Assembly (NCBI GenBank): GCA_039586755.1
Contig: JBDHJU010000011.1
Location: 14,412 to 78,411 of the forward strand
DNA length: 64,000 nt
DNA from: Gemmatimonadota bacterium
GTDB taxonomy: Bacteria; Gemmatimonadota; Gemmatimonadetes; Palauibacterales; KS3-K002
Direction of reading: 5' to 3'
This document shows, piece after piece, positions 7,957 to 16,342 of this stretch. The position numbers and the translations under genes are program-made. The number at the start of each line of letters is the position of its first letter. Within the stretch, counting starts at the first letter, position 1. Below the pieces are notes generated by a model. That model did not search any database and was not told the DNA's origin. It saw nothing but the letters and a program-made list of their open reading frames with translations.

Positions 7957-8910
7957 CTAAACGATGAACGGGAGGCCGAGTCCCTTGGTGATCGCCTTGG
8001 CCCCGGCGAAGAGCAGCAGGGCGATGACGACCCAGCGAACGAACCCCGGCCTCGCGATCCGCAGGATTCGTACGCCGATAAACGACCCCAGCATTATGCC
8101 TACCAGTGACGGCACTACCATCATTGGGATTACGGCGCCCTTGTTAACATAGATCCAGGCCGCCGACGTGTCAGTGATTGACAAAAGGAATTTGCTGGTC
8201 GCCACACTGACCTTGAGCGGCGCTCCCATCACCAGGTTCAGAACCGGGATGTTGGCCCAACCGGCGCCCAGTCCGAACATCCCCGCCATCACGCCTATAA
8301 CAATGAACAGTAGCAAGCCGGGCACAGTACGGTGAACCTTCCAGTTGATCGTCTGACCCATGCTCGCCTCTGTGTACACGCCACAGATCCGCAACGCCGA
8401 AGAGACACGGTCTGGCTCAGCGACCTCCGGGAACACCGATTTCTTCGCTGCGATCATTATCGCGACAATCCCCAGGATGGTCGCTCCGAGGGCTGTCTGG
8501 ACAATATTCGTCGGTAGAGCGAGGCCGATCATCGCTCCGACGATCGCACAAGTCGAGGCGATCAGGGCCACAGGCATCGCCAGGCGCAGGCTGGCCAGGT
8601 TCATCTTCAGGAAGCCCGGCCCGGCGGCGAGCGCGCCGCTTAGCGCCACCAGAAGCCCACAGCCGCGAACGAAGTCGAGGTGGAAGGGAAAGAACCCACT
8701 CACGATCGGAACGAACAGAACGCCTCCGCCCACACCGCCCAGAGCCGCGAGGATGCCCATGACGAACGTGAGCACGAACAGGATGAGCGGCCACACCCAC
8801 CATGCTGTCGTGCTGCTGGAGACCGCTGGCGCCGTCAGATCGCTCGCCTGGATGACGGTTGGGTAGAGCAGCAGGAAAAGGCAGAGAAGTGCGCCCGTAA
8901 GATACGGCAT
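7957..8910 (-). CDS. tauE: TauE/SafE (DUF81) family sulfite/organosulfonate anion exporter
   Basis: Polytopic and Gly-rich: LGGVGGGVLFVPIVSGFFPFHLDFVRGCGLLVAL...GLGAGWANIPVLNLVMGAPLKVSVATSKF. The likely start is MPYLTGALLCLF at 8910. The ORF is open to 8988, but that extension looks like a relic of another gene (see findings). Confidence 0.75.
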   Translation of the reverse strand: MPYLTGALLCLFLLLYPTVIQASDLTAPAVSSSTTAWWVWPLILFVLTFVMGILAALGGVGGGVLFVPIVSGFFPFHLDFVRGCGLLVALSGALAAGPGFLKMNLASLRLAMPVALIASTCAIVGAMIGLALPTNIVQTALGATILGIVAIMIAAKKSVFPEVAEPDRVSSALRICGVYTEASMGQTINWKVHRTVPGLLLFIVIGVMAGMFGLGAGWANIPVLNLVMGAPLKVSVATSKFLLSITDTSAAWIYVNKGAVIPMMVVPSLVGIMLGSFIGVRILRIARPGFVRWVVIALLLFAGAKAITKGLGLPFIV

Positions 8911-8965
8911 GAATCGTCGCGTTCCTAAGATGTTCACCTGGCCTCGACTCGGGGTTCCACGCGAC

Positions 8966-8984
8966 ATCGTGATAATCGCACGAT
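8966..8984. promoter_or_regulatory. Perfect 6-bp inverted repeat ATCGTG-N7-CACGAT upstream of tauE
   Basis: Plus strand atcgtg (8966-8971), ataatcg, cacgat (8979-8984). It lies 56-75 nt upstream of the probable tauE start and shares the AATCGTG core with the aprBA upstream repeats. Confidence 0.35.
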
Positions 8985-9183
8985 TCAACCTGATGCGAGA
9001 TATGCTCGGCGGCGCGCGGTGTCAAGCTGAGCGGAGTGTGGGCTGTCTCATCGCTGGAGAAAGGTCGAGCAATATGATATCTTGCGGTGGCCGCTTTTCT
9101 CGTGCGAGGCCTCGCGACGTATTGCGCCTCGCGAGTCCGAAGGCGCTCAGCATCCACGCGAGCCCACATGTGGGCCAGGAGTC

Positions 9184-9834
9184 ATGAGCACGACTGAAGA
9201 TCGGGAAGCGGCGTTTATAGGCAAGATAACCGCCGGCGCCACCCATGAGCTCCGCAACGTTCTGGCAATCGTAAAAGAATCTGCGGGCCTGATCGAAGAC
9301 ATCGTCAATTCCCCCGACAAACCTGGGACAGATAAAGCCGACAGGCTAATGCGGCCGATTGCGCGGATTCGGGACCAGGTCGAGCGCGGATCGGAGCTCC
9401 TCACGAGCCTGAATCGATTCGCCCACAGCATGGATCACGCAGAGGACGAGACCGACCTGAACGAGATGGCCGAGCTGCTCGCGTTCCTATGCCAGCGAGC
9501 GGCCAGAAGGGGGAGGCATCTGGTAGAAGCGCAGCCGGGGGACCAGGCCCTGACGGTAGTGGCCAACCTGCTTCGGCTGCAGATGGCTCTGCACGCAGCC
9601 GTCGAGTGCTGTCTTGAGCAGTTGCCCGAGCGTGGCAAGCTGACCCTCAAGGCGGTTCGGCACGGAGATCGACCGGCGCTCGAGTTCAATGGTGAGTCCG
9701 AGGGTGAGGCAGTTTCATTCGTGCCAAACGAGGCCGCAGCTTGGAGCCGGCTGGCGGCGGTCCTCGACGACCTGGATGCATCGGTGGAGAAAGCCGAAGC
9801 AGAGCAGGGTTTCCGGCTCGCCCTTTCGGGGTGA
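9184..9834 (+). CDS. Soluble histidine-kinase-like protein with an intact H-box but a degenerate ATP-binding domain
   Basis: MSTTEDREAAFIGKITAGATHELRNVLAIVKES contains the HisKA H-box. I could not recognise N, G1 or G2 boxes in the C-terminal half. CAGGAG lies upstream of the ATG at 9184; the ORF is open from 9082. Confidence 0.55.
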   Translation: MSTTEDREAAFIGKITAGATHELRNVLAIVKESAGLIEDIVNSPDKPGTDKADRLMRPIARIRDQVERGSELLTSLNRFAHSMDHAEDETDLNEMAELLAFLCQRAARRGRHLVEAQPGDQALTVVANLLRLQMALHAAVECCLEQLPERGKLTLKAVRHGDRPALEFNGESEGEAVSFVPNEAAAWSRLAAVLDDLDASVEKAEAEQGFRLALSG

Positions 9835-9858
9835 TGCGAGCTTGGCAGTGGGGAGGAT

Positions 9859-10785
9859 TTGATGAGCAAAATCAAGCTGCTCCTCGTCGATGACGAAGAA
9901 GCCTACGTAAAGACGCTGGCCGAGAGAATGGAGATGCGCGACGTCGGCAGTCGCGTGGCCTTGAGCGGCGAAGAGGCGCTGGAGATGCTCGAGGACGAGC
10001 CGCCCGACGTGATGGTTCTCGACCTCCGCATGCCGGGCATCGACGGGATGGAAGTGTTAGAGCGGGTCAAGCAGAAGCATCCCCACGTAGAAGTGATCAT
10101 TCTCACCGGGCACGGCTCGGACAGAGAGGAAAAGGAGGCGCGCAGGCTGGGGGCGTTCGAGTACCTGCAGAAGCCGGCGGATACGAGTCACCTCCTGAAT
10201 ACCGTTCGGGCGGCTTGGCGAAAGAGCTTGAAGGCCGCCGCCGAGTTCATCAAGGACTCGCAGGAAGAATTCGACAGGAGCATGGCTGCGGCAGCTTTCG
10301 CTGAGGCGGGCGCGCCGGAGATCGCCAGGGAGACGATGCAGGAGTCGACCCCGCGACCCGACGTGGACACCGATGAAGCCGGCGCCGCGGAGGCCGACGC
10401 CGCCACTCAGACGCTCAAGGTCCTGTTCGTTGATGACGAAGAGGACTTCGTGCGGACCATGGCCGAACGAATGGAGATGCGCGACGTGGGCAGCGAGGTG
10501 GCGCTGGATGGACAGCAGGCATTGGAGATGCTCGAGGACGAAGTACCGGACGTCATGGTTCTCGACCTGCGTATGCCGGGCATCGACGGCTTGGAGGTAT
10601 TGCGGCGCGTCAAGAGGACGTATCCAGAGATGGCAGTGATCATCATGACCGGCCATGGGTCGGAGGCGGACGAAGCAGAAGCTCGCCGCTTGGGGGCGTT
10701 TGATTACCTGACCAAGCCGGTCGACATCAATCAGCTCATGGATGTTATCCGCGAAGCGGGTCGCTCGCGTCGGAAAGCGGAGTAG
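9859..10785 (+). CDS. Tandem double-receiver (REC-REC) response regulator with no output domain
   Basis: Two CheY-like domains. Each has DD (LLVDDEE / LFVDDEE), a phospho-acceptor Asp (VMVLDLRMPGIDG in both), T (ILTGHG / IMTGHG) and K (YLQKP / YLTKP). An acidic or Ala-rich linker joins them. Confidence 0.85.
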   Translation: MMSKIKLLLVDDEEAYVKTLAERMEMRDVGSRVALSGEEALEMLEDEPPDVMVLDLRMPGIDGMEVLERVKQKHPHVEVIILTGHGSDREEKEARRLGAFEYLQKPADTSHLLNTVRAAWRKSLKAAAEFIKDSQEEFDRSMAAAAFAEAGAPEIARETMQESTPRPDVDTDEAGAAEADAATQTLKVLFVDDEEDFVRTMAERMEMRDVGSEVALDGQQALEMLEDEVPDVMVLDLRMPGIDGLEVLRRVKRTYPEMAVIIMTGHGSEADEAEARRLGAFDYLTKPVDINQLMDVIREAGRSRRKAE

Positions 10786-10809
10786 GGATGGGCGGTCGGG
10801 TTAACGAAG

Positions 10810-12573
10810 ATGATGGTGGAGACGGTAAGCCTGGTTGACGGAACGGGGGAAGATCAAGATCAACTGATCTCCCGACGGCGCTACAGGAAGATGATTCTCG
10901 TGGCGGTGCTTTCGGTATCGGCTGTAGCCGTCGCTCCGCTTCTCATCATGTCGAGTATTACCTACCACCAGTATCAGGAGGCGTTCCGAGCTGAGCTGAC
11001 CCGCCCCATGCTGCGGTTCGCCGTGGCCGGTAAGCAGGCGATCGAGTCCTACCTCTCGGAGCAGGTAGCGGCTCTCGCCATGGTGGCGCGCGAGACGTCG
11101 CTCAAGGAGCTTCGTGACCCGGGAAGGTTGAGCTCGTTGCTCACCAACATGAACCAGACCTTTGGCGGAGTGGTCGAGCTCAGCATGATCAACGAGGGGG
11201 GCGTGCAGGTCGCCTATGCCGGTCCGGGGGAGCCGCAGGCGGTCAGCTACGCGGACGATCGGTGGTTCCGAGAGGTCAGCGCCCGCGGCACGTACGTTAG
11301 CGACATGTTCCTGGGGCACCGAAACGACCCCCACATGGTTGTCGCGATCCAGCACGAAGACTCGGAAGGGAATCGGTACATCTTACGTGCGACGCTCGAT
11401 ACCGATCCATTCCACTGGCTAGTGCGCGCTCGTACGGCCCGCCGTCCGGAACTCAACCAGGTCTGTCGCAGATGCCATTCGCTGGGGGCCCAACAATTCA
11501 GCGACGCGTTCATCGTCAACCGCGAAGGTGTCCTGCAGAGTTCCTCGCGTCTTTATGGCGGCGTGTTGGAGCGCACCCCCTTACCGACTTTTCCGTACAG
11601 CAGTCAGGTGGAGCTTGTCGATGTAGTGGACGAGCAGGGAGAGCCGCTCATCGTATGTTACGCGCAGATCGATCGCTCGCCGTTTACGCTGGTGGTGTTG
11701 AGTCCTCGCATCGCTCTGCACGCGGGTTGGTTCCCGCTGCGCCGCGACCTGCTGGTATTTCCGGCGATCAGCGTCGCGCTGATTCTGGCAGTCGTCATCT
11801 GGGGTTCGATCTACGTGGTGAACCGCGTTCGCGAGGCGGATGCAAAGCGCGCGGCGCTCTACCACAAGATGGAGTACACCAACAAGATGGCCGCTATCGG
11901 GCGCCTGGGTGCCGGTGTGGCTCACGAGATCAACAACCCGCTGTCGATCATCACCCAGAACGCGGGACTGCTGAAGGATCTGATCACGCTGTCCGAGGAG
12001 TTACCCCCGAGGGATAAGCTGACCCATCTGGTGAATTCGGTTCTCAACGCCGCCGAGCGCTGTGGTGGGATTACCCACCGTCTCCTGGGTTTCGCCAGGC
12101 ACATGGAAGTGCAATGGGAGACTATCGATCTCGATGGGTTGCTCAGAGAAGTCCTGGAGTTCCTTGGGAAGGAAGCCAGCTACCGTGACATCCAGATCGA
12201 ATTCAAATACTCCGGTACGCCGCCTCCCATCGTCAGCGACAGGGGGCAGTTGCAGCAAGTGTTCCTGAACATCGTCAACAATGCTTTCGCCGCAGTCGAT
12301 GATGGTGGGCAGATCGAGATTGGGATTGAACAGCTTGGGGACGACGCCGTTGCGGTGACCATCGCCGACGATGGCGTAGGCATTCCTGAGGAACAGCTGG
12401 GGCAGATCTTCGATCCGTTCTTTACGACGAAGAAAGGTGCGGGGACGGGCCTGGGTCTCTCCATTACATATGGGATAGTGCAAAAACTGGGTGGGCAGAT
12501 CAGCGTCGAGAGCAAGGTGGGTGAAGGTACCTGCTTCACAGTCACACTGCCGATACGTCGGGCGCACGCCTAG
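10810..12573 (+). CDS. Membrane sensor histidine kinase with a periplasmic double-Cache-like domain
   Basis: TM1 near residue 30 and TM2 LLVFPAISVALILAVVIWGSIYVV. H-box AAIGRLGAGVAHEINNPLSII, N-box QVFLNIVNNAFAA, G-boxes DDGVGI and GTGLGLSI. The periplasmic segment contains CRRCH. Confidence 0.85.
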   Translation: MMVETVSLVDGTGEDQDQLISRRRYRKMILVAVLSVSAVAVAPLLIMSSITYHQYQEAFRAELTRPMLRFAVAGKQAIESYLSEQVAALAMVARETSLKELRDPGRLSSLLTNMNQTFGGVVELSMINEGGVQVAYAGPGEPQAVSYADDRWFREVSARGTYVSDMFLGHRNDPHMVVAIQHEDSEGNRYILRATLDTDPFHWLVRARTARRPELNQVCRRCHSLGAQQFSDAFIVNREGVLQSSSRLYGGVLERTPLPTFPYSSQVELVDVVDEQGEPLIVCYAQIDRSPFTLVVLSPRIALHAGWFPLRRDLLVFPAISVALILAVVIWGSIYVVNRVREADAKRAALYHKMEYTNKMAAIGRLGAGVAHEINNPLSIITQNAGLLKDLITLSEELPPRDKLTHLVNSVLNAAERCGGITHRLLGFARHMEVQWETIDLDGLLREVLEFLGKEASYRDIQIEFKYSGTPPPIVSDRGQLQQVFLNIVNNAFAAVDDGGQIEIGIEQLGDDAVAVTIADDGVGIPEEQLGQIFDPFFTTKKGAGTGLGLSITYGIVQKLGGQISVESKVGEGTCFTVTLPIRRAHA

Positions 12574-12582
12574 GAGCGGCAC

Positions 12583-12969
12583 ATGGACCCCTTACGTGTT
12601 CTGATCGTCGACGACGAAGCCGAGCTGGTCACCGCCCTGGAGGAGCGGCTCAACCTGCGGGGGTTCGAGGCCAGGGGTGTGACGACCGGCGCCGATGCGC
12701 TCGCGCTACTCGCCGAGCTGCCGTTCGATGTGGTGCTACTGGACTTGAAGATGCCGGGGCTCGGCGGGTTGGAAGTCATCAGGAGGATCAAGCAAGAGCA
12801 ACCGGGGCTAAAGGTAATCCTGTTAACAGGTTGGGGCTCCGAGGAAGACGCCGAAAAAGGGAAGGCACTCGGGGCCTACGACTACCTGATGAAGCCCGTG
12901 AAGATCAGCGACCTGGTGCGGGTCCTGCTCTCCGCCTGTGACCGGGAGGAGGAGGAAAGAGAAGAATGA
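12583..12969 (+). CDS. Single-domain response regulator (CheY-like receiver)
   Basis: VLIVDDEAE...VVLLDLKMPGLGG...LLTGWG...YLMKP, with an acidic C-terminal tail. Confidence 0.85.
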   Translation: MDPLRVLIVDDEAELVTALEERLNLRGFEARGVTTGADALALLAELPFDVVLLDLKMPGLGGLEVIRRIKQEQPGLKVILLTGWGSEEDAEKGKALGAYDYLMKPVKISDLVRVLLSACDREEEEREE

Positions 12970-13397
12970 ACGAGAGCACCGTGCTGCTCGTCGATGACGA
13001 GGAGGAGTTCGTCGAGGTCTTGGCGGAACGGTTGGAGACGCGCGGTCTCACGGTGGACACCGCGGGGGACGGCGAGCTGGCGTTGGAGAAGGCGGGGAAG
13101 CGGTCGTTCGATGCCATCGTCCTCGATATGGCCATGCCGGGCATGGACGGCATCGAAACTCTCAAGGGGCTGCTCCGGATCAACCCGGACCTGCAGGTCA
13201 TTCTACTGACCGGTCGCGCGACCCTGGGCCAGGCGGTGGAGGCGATGAAGCTGGGGGCGTTGGATTTTCTGGAGAAGCCGGTAGACATCGAAACGCTGGT
13301 GGCGAAGATCGAGGAGGCGGCGACGAAGAAATCGTCACTCAAAGAGAAACGCATCGCGGACAAACTGTCCGACATCATGCGAAAGAAGGGCTGGTGA
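12966..13397 (+). CDS. Single-domain response regulator (CheY-like receiver)
   Basis: VLLVDDEEE...AIVLDMAMPGMDG...LLTGRA...FLEKP. 4-nt overlap with the preceding receiver gene. Confidence 0.85.
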   Translation: MNESTVLLVDDEEEFVEVLAERLETRGLTVDTAGDGELALEKAGKRSFDAIVLDMAMPGMDGIETLKGLLRINPDLQVILLTGRATLGQAVEAMKLGALDFLEKPVDIETLVAKIEEAATKKSSLKEKRIADKLSDIMRKKGW

Positions 13398-13927
13398 CAG
13401 TGGAAGCCATGAGGCGCATCAAGGAAATCATGATTCCCGTGGAGCAGTACCCCTCGGTGCGGGACAACGCCACGCTACGGGAAGCGATTGTGAAGATCGA
13501 GGAAGCGCAGCTCGAGGTCGAACTGCGCAAATCTCTGCCTCGTGTGCTGTTGGTGTTCGATGAGATCGACGTGCTGGTCGGGACGGTTCGGCGCCGCGAC
13601 ATCATGAGAGGTTTGGAGCCGAAGTATCTGCTTAGCAAGCCACTGGAGTACAAGAAGAAGCTGTTTGATATAGCTGTAGATCCCAATCTAGCGGAGCTTT
13701 CCTACGATCGGGTCGTACGAGGGATCAGGGAGCAGTCGAATAGGCCGGTGAGCGATGTGATGCAACCGATTCCAGCGATCCTCGATGCCGAGGATCACGT
13801 CATGAAGGCAGTGCAGGCGATGGTCGCTCTCGACGTCAACCTGATTCCGGTGCTTCGGGAGGGGAAGCTCGTCGGTGTCGTGCGGTCGGTCGACGCGTTT
13901 CACGACCTGGCCCAACTGGTGAGATAG
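13394..13927 (+). CDS. CBS-pair domain protein
   Basis: IKEIMIPVEQYPSVRDNATLREAIVKI...LVGTVRRRDIM and VSDVMQPIPAILDAEDHVMKAVQAMVALDVNLIPVLREGKLVGVVRSVD are two CBS motifs. GTGA overlap with the upstream gene; an alternative ATG lies at 13409. Confidence 0.8.
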   Translation: MTVEAMRRIKEIMIPVEQYPSVRDNATLREAIVKIEEAQLEVELRKSLPRVLLVFDEIDVLVGTVRRRDIMRGLEPKYLLSKPLEYKKKLFDIAVDPNLAELSYDRVVRGIREQSNRPVSDVMQPIPAILDAEDHVMKAVQAMVALDVNLIPVLREGKLVGVVRSVDAFHDLAQLVR

Positions 13928-13968
13928 TAGCGGCCCTATTTGGGACCGCTCGCGAGGTCGTCGCTACC

Positions 13969-15498
13969 ATGACCGATGAGGCGTTGTCCGAGAGAGTGAC
14001 AGCCATACCCGGCGCCGGGGGAGTCGAGCTGGCTCGCCCGAAGGGCGCCGATGAGACCCAGGAGGCTGATTGGAAGAGGATTGTCTTCATCCTGCTGGGC
14101 TTGGTTCTCTTCGTTCTGGTTTACATCGCGCCCATGCCGGATCCAGCGGTGGACCCACAGGGCCAGGCCTTCCCGCTGACGCGGGAGGGTAAGGCGGCGC
14201 TGGCTCTGTTCTTCCTCGCGGCGACCTGGTGGGTTACCGAGGTGATCCCCATCGGGGTAACCAGCATCGCTATCGGCGTGTTCCAGGCGCTGTTCTTGAT
14301 TCGCCCCGCCCGTGTCGCCCTCACCGATTTCATGGATCCGTCGGTCTGGTTCATCTTCGGCTCGCTGGTCTTCGGGATGGTCTTTACCAAGACCGGTCTC
14401 ACACGGCGGCTGGCGTACAAGATGCTGTCGCTGGTTGGAGAGCGGACGAGCATGATCTATCTCGGCTGTTACGTGATGACGGCGTCGCTGACGCTGGTCA
14501 TGGCGCACACGGCTGTGGCCGCCACCGTCTTCCCGCTCTTCCTCGCCATCTACGCCCTGTATACCGAAGAGAGTGAGCCGACGCGATTCGGTAAGGGATT
14601 GTTCATGGGGATGGCCTTCGTCGCCGGCGCCGGCAGCATCATCACGTTGCTCGGCGCCGCTCGCGGCGCGGTGGCGATCGGTTTCTTCCGGGACATCTCG
14701 GGCCGGACGATCAGCTTCTTCGAGCTGAGCTACTACATGCTTCCGGTCGGCTTGGTGATGACGGCCCTCCTCTGGGCCTACTTCATGCTCTACTACCCGC
14801 CGGAGGAGAAGACGATTCCCGGACTGCGGCAACGAGTTCAGAGCCTGTACGCCAGGCTGGGCCCCATCAGCCGTAACGAGATCATGGCTGTAGTGATCGT
14901 CTTCTCGACGATAGTAGTACTGAGCCTCCGCTCTTTCATTCCCGCCCTGGAGCCGCTCGACAAAAGTGCGATAATCCTCGTCGCTACGGTCCTGTTCTTC
15001 GTGTTTAGGGTCGTGTCATTGGAGGACCTGGAGCACACCTCGTGGAACATCGTGTTGCTGTTCGGCGGCGCGATGAGCATCGGTTTCTGCCTGTGGCAGA
15101 CGGGTGCGGCGGAGTGGCTGGCGGTAAAATGGCTTGGCCTGCTGCACGGCACACATTGGCTGTTCTTCGTGATTGGTGTGGCGGCGTTCGTTCTCGTGAT
15201 GACCAACCTGATCATGAACGTCGCGGCTATAGCTATCACGGTGCCGGTGGCGTTGGTCATTGCTCCATATGTAGGAGTTGCCCCCGAGGTGATCCTCTTC
15301 GCGTCGCTCGTTGCCGCGGGGATGCCCTTCCTGCTGCTGGTCGGCGCAGCACCCAACGCCATCGCCTACGCAAGCAACCAGTTCACTACGGGAGAGTTCT
15401 TCCGGGCGGGGATCCCGGCCAGCCTGCTGCTGCTCGTGGTGCTGGCGCTGTTCGTCTGGGTGATATGGCCGGCGATGGGGATGCCGGTGCTGTTATAG
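13969..15498 (+). CDS. DASS/SLC13-type (ArsB/NhaD superfamily) anion:cation symporter, candidate sulfate transporter
   Basis: 509-aa polytopic protein: FLAATWWVTEVIPIGVTSIAIGVFQALF...GGAMSIGFCLWQTGAAEWLA...AAPNAIAYASNQF, the typical SLC13/DASS pattern. The sulfate substrate is inferred from context only. Confidence 0.7.
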   Translation: MTDEALSERVTAIPGAGGVELARPKGADETQEADWKRIVFILLGLVLFVLVYIAPMPDPAVDPQGQAFPLTREGKAALALFFLAATWWVTEVIPIGVTSIAIGVFQALFLIRPARVALTDFMDPSVWFIFGSLVFGMVFTKTGLTRRLAYKMLSLVGERTSMIYLGCYVMTASLTLVMAHTAVAATVFPLFLAIYALYTEESEPTRFGKGLFMGMAFVAGAGSIITLLGAARGAVAIGFFRDISGRTISFFELSYYMLPVGLVMTALLWAYFMLYYPPEEKTIPGLRQRVQSLYARLGPISRNEIMAVVIVFSTIVVLSLRSFIPALEPLDKSAIILVATVLFFVFRVVSLEDLEHTSWNIVLLFGGAMSIGFCLWQTGAAEWLAVKWLGLLHGTHWLFFVIGVAAFVLVMTNLIMNVAAIAITVPVALVIAPYVGVAPEVILFASLVAAGMPFLLLVGAAPNAIAYASNQFTTGEFFRAGIPASLLLLVVLALFVWVIWPAMGMPVLL

Positions 15499-15520
15499 GA
15501 GCGACTGCTGGCGTGAGGGA

Positions 15521-16339
15521 CTAGGGGTACGGGTCAAACCACTCGACGTTCAGGCGAACCTGATCTACGCCCGGTACCGAGCGGGCGATCTCCACGATCT
15601 CTTGCCCCATCCGGCCGGACTTGAGGGCCGGAGCGCTGCCGGATACCTCTATTACTCCGTCGTGCCCTTCGATCTGGAGATCGAGGACGCGAGTCTCGCG
15701 CGTGCTCGCCAGGGCGGCCTTGACCCGAGACGCCATACGGAAGTCCATGAGCTTTGCCTTCACTTCGGGGGTGACGGCGAAGTCCGGCTGCCTCACCGCC
15801 CGCGCCACGATATTGCAGGCGGCGGGCACCGACAGGGTCTGCAGGTTGATCACCATATCGTACAGTGCCGGATCCTCGATGTCCTCACCGTACATCATCT
15901 TGACCCAGCGGGCCCGCGCTGCGTCGACGTGCTGTATGTACTCTTCGGCTGAAGTCGGGGTCATTTCGTTACGCTCCAGCAGCGTAGACACTCGTGCGCC
16001 CATGGGAGCGATCAGGCGCACCCGCAAAACAGCTGGAAGTCCCGCGAGCAGCATTTGCCCAGCGCGACCGTGGTAGACCAGATCTCCGCCGACGGTGTGT
16101 TCGGCGAGGGCTGCCTGGATTGTCGCGATGTAAGCACGCCGTACCGACGCGTGCCGCTTCCACAATCTCGGGGCGCGCTCCATCGCGCGGCTCAGCTCCT
16201 GCTCTGAAATACCGAGCTCAGAGGCCGCATCCTGAAGGACCTCCCGCGCAACCAGCGGATACTGAAGTTCCTCAGCAAGGCATTCCGCCAGCGCCTGGCC
16301 GCCGCTTTGCGTGCCCCGACAAATACTTATAATAGCCAC
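15521..16339 (-). CDS. Cytidylate-kinase-like family (Cytidylate_kin2-type) protein with a C-terminal BON domain
   Basis: MAIISICRGTQSGGQALAECLAEEL is the family-typical N-terminus and lacks the Walker-A Lys. C-terminal part: VKAALAS...LQIEGHDGVIEVSGSAPALKSGRMGQEIVEIARSVPGVDQVRLNV, a BON-like pattern. Confidence 0.6.
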   Translation of the reverse strand: MAIISICRGTQSGGQALAECLAEELQYPLVAREVLQDAASELGISEQELSRAMERAPRLWKRHASVRRAYIATIQAALAEHTVGGDLVYHGRAGQMLLAGLPAVLRVRLIAPMGARVSTLLERNEMTPTSAEEYIQHVDAARARWVKMMYGEDIEDPALYDMVINLQTLSVPAACNIVARAVRQPDFAVTPEVKAKLMDFRMASRVKAALASTRETRVLDLQIEGHDGVIEVSGSAPALKSGRMGQEIVEIARSVPGVDQVRLNVEWFDPYP

Positions 16340-16342
16340 GTC

